The notes under the pieces were generated by a model, which saw only the letters and a program-made list of their open reading frames with translations, was not told the DNA's origin and ran no database searches. Below are positions 6,997 to 14,821 of a stretch of DNA of 25,102 bases, piece after piece. Made by a program: the position numbers and the translations under genes. The DNA comes from a virus (lineage: Duplodnaviria; Caudoviricetes): positions 1 to 25,102 of IMG/VR virus record IMGVR_UViG_3300045412_000768. One strand, given 5' to 3'. The first letter of the stretch is position 1; each line of letters begins with the position of its first letter.

Positions 6997-8660
6997 AGCC
7001 CGTAACCTCCATCATTCTTGCGCGCGACGGTGCCGAAGCCGCGCTGGGTGAGTTCCATCTCGCCGCCCGTCGTCGCGCGGTTGCCGGAGCTGAGAAATTC
7101 GATGTCGCCGGGATCTTCGTTCGCGGCGGCGACGAGGTGCATTGCCGAGATCGCGGTATCGCCGTGGCGCTTCGCGATCTTGCCGTCCTCCTTGCTCGCG
7201 CGCGGCGAGTCGGGGATCTTCGGCACACCGCGCACCTGCTTGATCATCCGGATATCGTCGAGGACGCCCTCGTCGAACGGGAGGAGAAGGTTGCGGTCCT
7301 CGATGCCCGATTTGAGCAGCGGCATGTACTGCAGGTACGTCTTGTCGCTGGCCATCACCGCTTCGATGACATCGAAGCCGAACAGCATCTGCAGGGCTTC
7401 GGCGAGCGCCGAGCCGTTCCCGCGACCATCGACCTTGCCGCGCGCGAAGTGCGGCACGCGGTTGATCAGCCATTCGATGATGAACTGCTGATCCGAGAAG
7501 GGCACATTGCGCATCTCGAGCGTCAGGCGCGTTACGAGGCGCATGTATTCGTCATGCTGTCCGAACATGACGGGCGAGACGTCCCCGCTGCGCGCGAAAT
7601 CCTGCCCCATGAAAGTGCGGCGTGTGGGATCGAAATTCGCGAGCCAGGGCTTGACCTCGGCCTCGAGGAATTCGAGCAGCCAGTCGCGACGGCGATCCTC
7701 GTGCCAGCGCTCGAACCCGTCGGGGCAGCGCAAGCGGACGACGGGCAAGTCCTTCGACATCGCCTCGAGGATCGTGGCGCGGGCGAGATAGGTACCCGAC
7801 CCGCGCGACGGAATCACGTCCAGCTCTTCGTCCGCGGCCTCGAGATAGGATTTGCGGATGCCCGCTTCCCATGCCTGCTCGGCCTCCAGCGTCCATTCCT
7901 TGCCGTTGACCAGGCAGATGCGTTTGTAGAGGCCCGCGGCGATCGCGTCCTTCAGGGTGATGCGCTGGACGTAGCCGGCGCGCTTGCCCGCGCGGATCTC
8001 CTCGATCAGCGTATTGAAATAGTTATCGGTCCCGTCGTGGGTCGAAATCACGATGACCTGGCCGCCCCACATCAGGGCCGCGAGGATGGCCTTGATCAGC
8101 TGCTCGAGGTTGTCGTGAAAGGCCGCTTCATCGATGATGAAGATGCCCTGCTTGCCGCGCACCGATCGAGGGCTCGACGGGAGGGCTGCGACGGCCTTGC
8201 CTGAGGGGAAGTCCACGCGGAAAGCCTTCACCGACTTGCCCGCGTCGCCGTTGATCAGGAAGCCACCCTGCGCTTCGGTCACCACCTGATCGCGGCGATA
8301 ATCGGCGTCCTTGGCGTCGACCAGGACATCGCCTTTGGCATCGAGGAAGCTGCCATCCTCGCGCTTCACGACGTAAGCGACATTTTCGTCCGGCAGCGAC
8401 ACGACGACATCGTCGAAGGCCTTTGCGAAATCGGCGCAATAGCCGATGAATTCGCGGGCCATGTCGAGGTTGTAGCCGATGTAATAGACGTTCTGCGGCG
8501 CACGCGCGGCCGAGGCGGCGAGATCAGCATAGGGCGCGAACGCATAAGACAAGCCGATGCGACGGGACTTCTCGACGATCAGCAGCTGATGCTCGTCGGC
8601 CAGGGCAAGGCTTTCCTGCTGGTATGGGAGCAGGACTTCGGGGGCGGCTACCTCCGACAT
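6993..8660 (-). CDS. Terminase large subunit (Mu gp28-like); start at 8660 rather than 8999
   Basis: LLPYQQ, KSRRIGLS (Walker A region), IIDEAAFH (Walker B), ISTHDG, GQDFARSGD, HGD. Confidence 0.93.
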   Translation of the reverse strand: MSEVAAPEVLLPYQQESLALADEHQLLIVEKSRRIGLSYAFAPYADLAASAARAPQNVYYIGYNLDMAREFIGYCADFAKAFDDVVVSLPDENVAYVVKREDGSFLDAKGDVLVDAKDADYRRDQVVTEAQGGFLINGDAGKSVKAFRVDFPSGKAVAALPSSPRSVRGKQGIFIIDEAAFHDNLEQLIKAILAALMWGGQVIVISTHDGTDNYFNTLIEEIRAGKRAGYVQRITLKDAIAAGLYKRICLVNGKEWTLEAEQAWEAGIRKSYLEAADEELDVIPSRGSGTYLARATILEAMSKDLPVVRLRCPDGFERWHEDRRRDWLLEFLEAEVKPWLANFDPTRRTFMGQDFARSGDVSPVMFGQHDEYMRLVTRLTLEMRNVPFSDQQFIIEWLINRVPHFARGKVDGRGNGSALAEALQMLFGFDVIEAVMASDKTYLQYMPLLKSGIEDRNLLLPFDEGVLDDIRMIKQVRGVPKIPDSPRASKEDGKIAKRHGDTAISAMHLVAAANEDPGDIEFLSSGNRATTGGEMELTQRGFGTVARKNDGGYGL

Positions 8661-9082
8661 TGGCGCATCCCCTTCCGGCGCTTGGTGTGGGGCAGGCAGC
8701 GGACGGTTGCGTCGGCGTCGAACCATTCGGCGGCGCCGGAGACGATGCGGTCGATCATCGAACAGCCGAGGGCGAGGCCCGAGCTGCCGTCGAAGCTGAC
8801 AAAATCGAGGTGCGGCATCGCGTGGCCGGTGCGACGCGGGCGAAGGTGGTTCGAGATCCGCATCCGCCACTGGCGGCCCGCGGCGTCGCGCATTGTGAGG
8901 TAGAGGCTGGCCGAGATTTTCGCCCGGCTGCGCTCCAGCTTGTCGATCTTCAGCCCCTTCGCCTGGGCATGGTCGCGCAACGCATAGGCGAGCTTCCACG
9001 GCACGGGCGCAAATACGCCGTCCTCGGGCCGCCTGCCGGCTGCGCGCATATAGGCGCGCGGCGAGGCCGGCGCCGCCTTCAC
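8648..9082 (-). CDS. Hypothetical basic protein between gp27 and terminase
   Basis: GTGA-coupled to the gp27 stop; fills the gap to the terminase; SLYLT..WRMRISNH. Confidence 0.65.
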   Translation of the reverse strand: MKAAPASPRAYMRAAGRRPEDGVFAPVPWKLAYALRDHAQAKGLKIDKLERSRAKISASLYLTMRDAAGRQWRMRISNHLRPRRTGHAMPHLDFVSFDGSSGLALGCSMIDRIVSGAAEWFDADATVRCLPHTKRRKGMRQCRR

Positions 9083-9606
9083 TTCGCCTTCATGCCGAGG
9101 ATCTGGCGGCGGATGACGTCGATCTGCGCATCGCCGACGCCGGCATCCTTCGCGGCGGCCGCGGCGGCGTCGGCCGCCTTGTTGCGTTCGCTGGCGCGGA
9201 TTTCGTCCTCGAACGCGCGCTTGTCGCGCATCGCCTTGATCACGCCGCCCAGCGACCGGACGAGCTTGGCGATCCGGTCGGGGCTGGCGGGCTCGTCCTC
9301 GTCGCCCATCGTGTCGAGCGCGCGCAGCACTTCGGATTGCGCGCGGTGGATCGCGATATCGATCAGCCCGGTGTCGACGCCATCGGGCAGGTGCTTGTGC
9401 ATCGCCTGCCGGACGGCGCGGTCGCGGATGATCGTTTCGACCATCGGGCGGTAGCGGTTGGCATAGCGGCCGACGGCCGAGCGCGAGACGCCATATTCGG
9501 CGACCGCTTCATGGATATCGTCGATCGAGTGCTCGCCCTCGGCGATCAGCTTTTCGACGGCGGCCTGAAGCGCGGGATTTTTCTCGATCGAGGAGCGGGG
9601 CGCCAT
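9079..9606 (-). CDS. Mu gp27-like (DUF3486) protein, putative small terminase
   Basis: MAPRSSIE, VSRSAVGRY, C-terminal IRRQILG; position before terminase. Confidence 0.85.
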   Translation of the reverse strand: MAPRSSIEKNPALQAAVEKLIAEGEHSIDDIHEAVAEYGVSRSAVGRYANRYRPMVETIIRDRAVRQAMHKHLPDGVDTGLIDIAIHRAQSEVLRALDTMGDEDEPASPDRIAKLVRSLGGVIKAMRDKRAFEDEIRASERNKAADAAAAAAKDAGVGDAQIDVIRRQILGMKAK

Positions 9607-9607
9607 G

Positions 9608-9898
9608 TCATTCCCCCGTCTTGTGGGGGCTGACGCCTTCGTATCGCATCGTGCCCGCCGCAATCGCGCGCCCGAGCTTGGTCGAGGACACGACGGTGTA
9701 AGCGGGATATTTTTGCACCTTAAGCAGTTCCTTGGCGCCGAGCCAGTCGAATTCGTCGACGACGTCAGGCGCGCCGACGCGGTGGCCCAGCTCGTTGAGC
9801 AGAATGGTGACGTCGTCGTCGTTCACCTCGCCGCCGACATCGAGGACGAGGTCGAGGATCGCGCGCCGGATCAGCGGGCGGATTTTTTCGTGGAGCAT
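9608..9898 (-). CDS. Mu gp26-like protein
   Basis: RRAILDLV..LGH..DWL..GRAIAAG..EGV pattern; TGATG coupling; synteny. Confidence 0.8.
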   Translation of the reverse strand: MLHEKIRPLIRRAILDLVLDVGGEVNDDDVTILLNELGHRVGAPDVVDEFDWLGAKELLKVQKYPAYTVVSSTKLGRAIAAGTMRYEGVSPHKTGE

Positions 9899-10257
9899 CA
9901 GCGTGCTCCCTGCGGAAGCGCGAGTGCCTGGATCCACTGGCTCTGCGATTTCATGTGGCGTTCGATCGATTCGAAGCTGCCCTCCAGGCGGCTGAGGCGC
10001 TCGATCGCATTGCCGATCTTGTCGAGCACCTGTGCTCGGGTCGGTTCGCTGTCGATGTCGTTGTCGATCTGGCTTACGCGCTGCTCGAGCAGTTCGACCT
10101 TGGTCTCGAGAGTGGCGATCTTGACCTGCGCCTGGTTGAACGCGGCGACATCGGGGAACTTGGTCCGGAGCCAGAGAAGGCCGATCGCGAGGAGGACCGG
10201 CGTCATGACGACCGCGATCGGCCAGAGCGTTGAAATCCAACCAAAGACGGTAATCAT
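9898..10257 (-). CDS. Mu gp25-like (DUF2730) membrane-anchored coiled-coil protein
   Basis: N-terminal TM segment followed by coiled coil (LEQRVSQID..PT); synteny with gp26/27. Confidence 0.75.
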   Translation of the reverse strand: MITVFGWISTLWPIAVVMTPVLLAIGLLWLRTKFPDVAAFNQAQVKIATLETKVELLEQRVSQIDNDIDSEPTRAQVLDKIGNAIERLSRLEGSFESIERHMKSQSQWIQALALPQGAR

Positions 10258-10346
10258 GAAACCCCCAGATGCGGATGCAATCTGCGGCGCCTTTCAGGCG
10301 CCGCGCGTGGAGGTCACAGTGTCATGGGTGGCCGATGCGGGCCGGT

Positions 10347-10360
10347 GTCCGTCAGCGGAC
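10347..10360 (-). promoter_or_regulatory. Putative late-activator site of the leftward packaging operon
   Basis: Palindrome GTCCG-TCAG-CGGAC; near-identical copy at 19046-19059. Confidence 0.6.
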
Positions 10361-10717
10361 GGGGGGCGAAGAAAGTCCAGCAAGTTCGAGGAGTTCAGCC
10401 TCGGTGATATTGCGGCTGGCGCCGCCCGGCCATGTCGCGAGATAGACCAGGGGCTGGCCGGGGATCAAGCGTCGGCATGGTTCGACATAGATGCCGCGGC
10501 CGAGCAGAATCGCCGCGGCCTGATAGGTCGGATCGAGTATCTCCATCGCGTCCTGCGACAGGAAATCCCGGATCGCTTCGCCGCCATCGCGCGCCTTGAG
10601 GGCCGCCCACAGGCGGCGCGCAAGATACTTCACGATGATCGCGGGAGGGTCTTCCGCCGCCCGCACTGCCATTGAGCGCGCAAGCGCGATCGTTTCGGGG
10701 CGAGGCCGGCGCGTCAC
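10352..10717 (-). CDS. Hypothetical protein (121 aa)
   Basis: GTGA-coupled to the upstream gene; continues the operon. Confidence 0.65.
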   Translation of the reverse strand: MTRRPRPETIALARSMAVRAAEDPPAIIVKYLARRLWAALKARDGGEAIRDFLSQDAMEILDPTYQAAAILLGRGIYVEPCRRLIPGQPLVYLATWPGGASRNITEAELLELAGLSSPPVR

Positions 10718-11003
10718 TGCGGATCAGCCGACGGGGCGAACATATCGAGCTGGCGCGGGTCGACGCGCGAGCGCTTCGGCACATAGGGTGCCGCTTCTTC
10801 GCCTTCGCTCGTCCCGTTGACGAGGTGGCTCAGATAGCTGCGCGACGTTTTGAGGATAGGCACGGCGTCGGCGATCGTCATCTTCTTTTCGCGGATCGCG
10901 GCGATGACGCCCGCCCGGCGCGCCTCGTCCAGGGCGGCGCGGCCGACCGGGACGCGCAGCACGTTGCCGCGTAGGCGGCCTCGTCGGGGAGATAGTGGCT
11001 CAT
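10714..11003 (-). pseudogene. Mor/C-like late transcription activator, apparently frameshifted near 10970
   Basis: RBS-supported, ATGA-coupled start MSHYLPDEAAY is out of frame with GNVLRVP..MTIADAVPILKTSRSYLSHLV..QLDMF. Confidence 0.6.
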
Positions 11004-11263
11004 GCAATCCTCCAGCAGCGGACGATCGAATTCGCGCGGTCGATCTGGGTCGAGAAATCGCGGCCGTTCTTGCGCTTCCACGACGCGGCGGCGCAGGAGA
11101 TGCGGCGATAGGCCTTGTCGGTGTTGCCGTCGCTGGACAGTTCCCCGGTCAACGGGACGCTAAAGCTGTCGCCGACCTCCATTTCGCCGAAGGGATAGAC
11201 GATCTTCCCGCTCATCTTGGGCGCGCGCGGCATGGGGATGCCGCGTTCGACGACGATGCTCAT
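11000..11263 (-). CDS. Phage-type hypothetical protein (87 aa)
   Basis: GIPMP..YPFGEMEVGDSFSVP..VRCWRIA; ATGA coupling at both ends. Confidence 0.75.
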   Translation of the reverse strand: MSIVVERGIPMPRAPKMSGKIVYPFGEMEVGDSFSVPLTGELSSDGNTDKAYRRISCAAASWKRKNGRDFSTQIDRANSIVRCWRIA

Positions 11264-11535
11264 TTCGGTTCTCCATGGTTGCGGCGCGCCAGCTCGGCGC
11301 GCAGGTCGGCGGTCGGCACCTCGGCAAGCGAATGCGACGTGAGCGAGAGGCCACGGTGGCGGCCTTCCTTGCGGAACAACTTGCCCTCGCGGACGAGCGC
11401 ATCGACGATGCGCGAGGTGGAGGATTTGCTCTTGTGGCCGAGGGCTTCGCGGATCTCGTCGTACGACGGGCCGACGCCCGTTATCTCGATCCGCTCGCGC
11501 ACATAGTCGAGCACCTTCAACTGGTTGGGGGTCAT
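11260..11535 (-). CDS. Stand-alone LexA DNA-binding (winged HTH) domain protein
   Basis: TPNQLKVLDYVRERIEITGVGPSYDEIREALGHKSKS..R..ALVREG; no S24 domain. Confidence 0.8.
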   Translation of the reverse strand: MTPNQLKVLDYVRERIEITGVGPSYDEIREALGHKSKSSTSRIVDALVREGKLFRKEGRHRGLSLTSHSLAEVPTADLRAELARRNHGEPK

Positions 11536-11723
11536 GAAATCACCTCATATTCAGCGATGTCGAAAGGGGAGCCAGTCAGCGTCCAGCGGCAGCCGCCCCG
11601 CCCGTCGGCGGGCCATCCGGGTGCGGCGCCAGGCACGTCGGTGGCCATCGATCCGTCGGCCAGACGCACGCGGACGCGCTTGCCTTCGGCCTCCTCGGGG
11701 CAATGGCCGGGGTTCGGCTTCAC
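11532..11723 (-). CDS. Hypothetical protein (63 aa)
   Basis: GTGA/ATGA coupling; KPNPGHCP..RVRVRLADG..RW..PFDIAEYEV. Confidence 0.65.
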   Translation of the reverse strand: MKPNPGHCPEEAEGKRVRVRLADGSMATDVPGAAPGWPADGRGGCRWTLTGSPFDIAEYEVIS

Positions 11724-12109
11724 AGCGCGAACTGCGGTTCGACGTCGACGACGGCGGGTTCGGCGCCCTTGATCGCGCGCGCGATCGCGAGGATCAGTGG
11801 CAGGAGCTGGCGAAACTCGCCGTCGGTACCGAGGCGCAATTTGCCGCGGTTGTAGGAACATATGATGGCCGCATGGTTGCGGCCGCCGAGGTCGCGAGCG
11901 ATCGCCGACCAGTTCTTTTCGAACACGTCGACCGCGGCGACGACGATCGCATCGCGAAGCGTGACGGCCCAGGGCGCACGCCCCGGCCCCACGAGGATCG
12001 CGGGGTCGGTGCCGCCGATCTCGGCCGCCGCCGCCACCAGCTGGGGCATCCAGCGATGGAAGCGGTGGACGCGAAGCGTTACGGCTTCGGTTACTGTCGC
12101 CTCGCGCAC
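11720..12109 (-). CDS. DnaA C-terminal-like (domain IV) HTH protein
   Basis: ILVGPGR..LRDAIV..WSAIARDLGGRNHAAII resembles the DnaA GGRDHTTV motif; GTG start with GGAG/GAGG upstream. Confidence 0.65.
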   Translation of the reverse strand: MREATVTEAVTLRVHRFHRWMPQLVAAAAEIGGTDPAILVGPGRAPWAVTLRDAIVVAAVDVFEKNWSAIARDLGGRNHAAIICSYNRGKLRLGTDGEFRQLLPLILAIARAIKGAEPAVVDVEPQFAL

Positions 12110-12360
12110 AGCGCCTCTCCCAGCTTGGCGGCGTCGACGGCGCCGCGCGCGATCGACGGCAGGTGGTCGGCGAGCAGGCCGCAGAACTCCTCGGCGCTCG
12201 CCTGATCGAGGCGGGCAACCATCACGCGGTTTCCGCCATGCTCGGCGATGGTGAAGCACAGCTGGCCGTCGATCACGGCGATGCCGAAGCTGCCCTGATT
12301 GTCGCCGTGGAATACGGCGGTCATCGTGGTGCGGGCGGGGACGGTGAGGAAACTGCTCAC
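12091..12360 (-). CDS. Hypothetical protein (89 aa)
   Basis: GTGA coupling; GGAGG upstream. Confidence 0.6.
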   Translation of the reverse strand: MSSFLTVPARTTMTAVFHGDNQGSFGIAVIDGQLCFTIAEHGGNRVMVARLDQASAEEFCGLLADHLPSIARGAVDAAKLGEALCARRQ

Positions 12361-12632
12361 AGCGTGAACCTCCCGGCCTGATCCGCCCCGACGGGCGATT
12401 TCACCTGCGGATTGCTGGCCATTTCGGTAAGGAACTGCGCGATGCCGTCGGCGTTGACGAAGGTGTCGCCGACGACGCTGAGGCGCCCCGCTACGGGATG
12501 ATCGGTGTGCGCGGCCCAGGCGCCGATCACCGCCATGCCGTCGGGTTGCGGCCAGATGCCGACAGTCCACCCGTTTGCGAGCTGCAGCAGGAGGCGATCG
12601 GCGCCGCGCGCCGAGCATTCGACCTTGATCAT
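12357..12632 (-). CDS. Hypothetical protein (91 aa)
   Basis: ATGA overlap with the gam stop; GGAGG RBS; MIKVECSARG. Confidence 0.65.
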   Translation of the reverse strand: MIKVECSARGADRLLLQLANGWTVGIWPQPDGMAVIGAWAAHTDHPVAGRLSVVGDTFVNADGIAQFLTEMASNPQVKSPVGADQAGRFTL

Positions 12633-13231
12633 GGCCGTGCCTCCACGATCTCGGGCTCCGGCACGTCGACGACGTCGGGGTCGGCTTCCTTCGGCGCGGC
12701 GCGATCGATGAAGAATTCGTCGCCCTGGGCGACGGTGAAGCCCAGCTCGCGCAGGCGAAGCGTGATCGGGCAGACCGACGTCGTGACGTTCAGCCGCTTG
12801 ACGATCTCCTTCTTCTCCAGCTCGATCTTGGTGCGCAGCAGCTCCTTCGCACCTGGCCATGTCGCGACGATCGCCTGGACCAACAGCACGGCGTCAGCAT
12901 CCTTCTTGACCCCCTTCGGGTTCTTGAGTTTGCCGGGCGTCATGCGCAGGCCGATGTTCGCGCCGGCCAGCTCGATCGACTTACGATCCTTGGCGATGTC
13001 AGGGCCGGCGACGGACCACCATGCGCGGAGCTGAAGGAAGATATTCTCGACCTCGGCACCGAACGGCGCGACCAGTTCGTCGCGGGTCGCCTGGATCGCG
13101 GCGATCGCCTTGTCGGCTTCGGCGACCGCGGCGGCGATTTCATGCTCGAGCACGAGGTAACGTTCGATGAGCGCGATCGCTTCGGGCAGAGTCGAGGGTG
13201 CGGTTTGGGGTTTGGACTTGCGGCGGGCCAT
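12629..13231 (-). CDS. gam: Mu Gam-like host-nuclease inhibitor
   Basis: N-terminal coiled coil, RKSIEL..IGLRMTP, LLRTKIELEK, G..V.Q.DEFFI; position in the early operon. Confidence 0.85.
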   Translation of the reverse strand: MARRKSKPQTAPSTLPEAIALIERYLVLEHEIAAAVAEADKAIAAIQATRDELVAPFGAEVENIFLQLRAWWSVAGPDIAKDRKSIELAGANIGLRMTPGKLKNPKGVKKDADAVLLVQAIVATWPGAKELLRTKIELEKKEIVKRLNVTTSVCPITLRLRELGFTVAQGDEFFIDRAAPKEADPDVVDVPEPEIVEARP

Positions 13232-13241
13232 ATCGATCCCT

Positions 13242-13352
13242 TCAGATCAGCGGAGTGAACAGGATGGCGGCGGCCACGAGGACGCCGGCCAGGATGAGGG
13301 TTGCCCCGATCGCCAGGCGCGATGCGGCTGAAGGCGGCGGATCGGCGATCAC
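13242..13352 (-). CDS. 36-aa single-TM peptide
   Basis: MIADPPPSAASRLAIGATLILAGVLVAAAILFTPLI; GTGA coupling. Confidence 0.55.
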   Translation of the reverse strand: MIADPPPSAASRLAIGATLILAGVLVAAAILFTPLI

Positions 13353-13465
13353 GGGCCGACCGCCAGGACGGCGCCGACGACGAGCCAGACGGCGGGGAAG
13401 AGCCACGCGAAGCCGATGGCGGCGCTGCGCCATTGCTGGGCGCGCGTGGGGAGCGGGGCGGTCAC
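13349..13465 (-). CDS. 38-aa single-TM peptide (not in ORF track)
   Basis: MTAPLPTRAQQWRSAAIGFAWLFPAVWLVVGAVLAVGP; GTGA coupling at both ends, GGAGG RBS. Confidence 0.6.
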   Translation of the reverse strand: MTAPLPTRAQQWRSAAIGFAWLFPAVWLVVGAVLAVGP

Positions 13466-13869
13466 GCGCAGGCCTCCAGCTCGTGCCCATGCCCGTCAGT
13501 GTTGTTCGGGCATGTCGGACAGTGGCGGCGATGCTGGTGGTGCATCAGGTTGACGGGCGGAGCGGTTCGGCGACGGGCGTGCATGCAGCTGGCGAGCGGG
13601 ATCGGGCCCCAGATCGGACAGTCGACCTGTTCGCCGCCCCATGCGGCGCGGACGAGCTTTTCGGCCTCGGCAAGATCGCCGTTGTAGGTGTTGCTGATGA
13701 CCCGGCTGACGTAGCCGCTCGAGCGCCCGATCTTCTCGCCGGCCTCGCGCTGGTTCGTCGCGTCGCAGGCAGTCGCGAGCAGCTGGACCCAGCGCGGCAT
13801 GTCGGCACCCCACGCAGATCGCGCGCGGTCGAGGTTGCTTAAGTCCTTGTTATTAACCTTAACAGACAT
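13462..13869 (-). CDS. Early HTH regulator with Cys-rich C-terminus (Mu-like phage type)
   Basis: NQREAGEKIGRSSGYVSRVISNTYNGD; VDCPIWG..C..CPTC. Confidence 0.8.
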   Translation of the reverse strand: MSVKVNNKDLSNLDRARSAWGADMPRWVQLLATACDATNQREAGEKIGRSSGYVSRVISNTYNGDLAEAEKLVRAAWGGEQVDCPIWGPIPLASCMHARRRTAPPVNLMHHQHRRHCPTCPNNTDGHGHELEACA

Positions 13870-13871
13870 GG

Positions 13872-14579
13872 TTAACTTACCCCCCCATCCAGCGCGGCTG
13901 CGGTGGACGATCCTGATGTGGTCGACGTGGCCCGCCCGGCGGATGCCGCGTCGCGGCTGCGCTGGCGGCGGACGGGCAGTTCGATGACCGTTCCGTCCAG
14001 ATGGTCGGTGATGCGGATGATCGCGCCCTCGGCGGCGGCGATCCGCGATATGGTCGGTGCGACCGATCCCCAGGGCCGCGCGGCCGCGGTGCTCCATCCG
14101 GTCGCGGTACGACGGAGCCAGCCGCCGCGCTGCAGCACGCCCAGCATCTGTCGGGCGGCTTGTTCGTTGGCCCGCGCGGTCATGGTCAGCGTGGGCAGGT
14201 CGAAATGTTTGAGGATGCGCATCGCGGACCAAAGGCGCTGGTGTTGGGTGCGCTTTGGAAACGGATTGCGCCGCAGGGTGTTTGGAAAGGCAGGCGGCGA
14301 CGCCATGTTCAGATATGTCCTTTCGAGCGAATAGAGGGCAGGTGTTCCGGTGGCCGCGACCATGCCTGCCGCGACCCAGCGCACGATCGTGCGCTCCAGG
14401 TAGCGGAAGGTCTGGCCCCGCTTCGGGTGGGCACCCTCGCAATGGCGAATGGCGCCGATCAGCAGGGTGAAGAGGTCGACCGGCGCGGCGGCGAAACGCA
14501 GCTCGCTCCACAGCGCCTGGTCGGGGTCAGCGAGCGCCGGGTTGGGTGCCCAGCGGGTGGTGGTCGCGATCGCGCTCAT
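13872..14579 (-). CDS. Early DNA-binding protein (tandem winged-helix-like)
   Basis: QRLWSAMRILKHFD motif; ATGA coupling; downstream of B. Confidence 0.75.
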   Translation of the reverse strand: MSAIATTTRWAPNPALADPDQALWSELRFAAAPVDLFTLLIGAIRHCEGAHPKRGQTFRYLERTIVRWVAAGMVAATGTPALYSLERTYLNMASPPAFPNTLRRNPFPKRTQHQRLWSAMRILKHFDLPTLTMTARANEQAARQMLGVLQRGGWLRRTATGWSTAAARPWGSVAPTISRIAAAEGAIIRITDHLDGTVIELPVRRQRSRDAASAGRATSTTSGSSTAAALDGGVS

Positions 14580-14821
14580 GCGCCAAAGCCGCAGCGGTCG
14601 GGGTGGTGGCGTTTCAGCGCCCGGAGCAGCGCTTCGCTTCCCGCCTTTGCCGACGCCTGCCAGTCGCCGACGAGCGGGTTGCCCAGGCGTTGGATGACAT
14701 CGCGTACATAGCGCGGCGACAAAGCAAGCTCGTTGCCGATGTCGTCGGGCTTTCTGCCTCCGTCATGGAGGTCGAGGATAGCCTGTTCGCGGCGCGTCGG
14801 GCCGTGGCCATAGGCGCTCAT
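14576..14821 (-). CDS. Small HTH protein (81 aa)
   Basis: TRREQAILDL..G.KPDDIGNELALSPRYV; ATGA coupling at both ends. Confidence 0.7.
   Translation of the reverse strand: MSAYGHGPTRREQAILDLHDGGRKPDDIGNELALSPRYVRDVIQRLGNPLVGDWQASAKAGSEALLRALKRHHPDRCGFGA

Noticed and set aside
8661-8999. N-terminal extension of the terminase ORF (likewise extensions of 9608-10240, 13462-14511, 14818-16230, 19872-20468, 22585-23421, 23205-23933)
   Set aside because: They overlap other genes; family motifs and RBS or coupling support the shorter starts listed.
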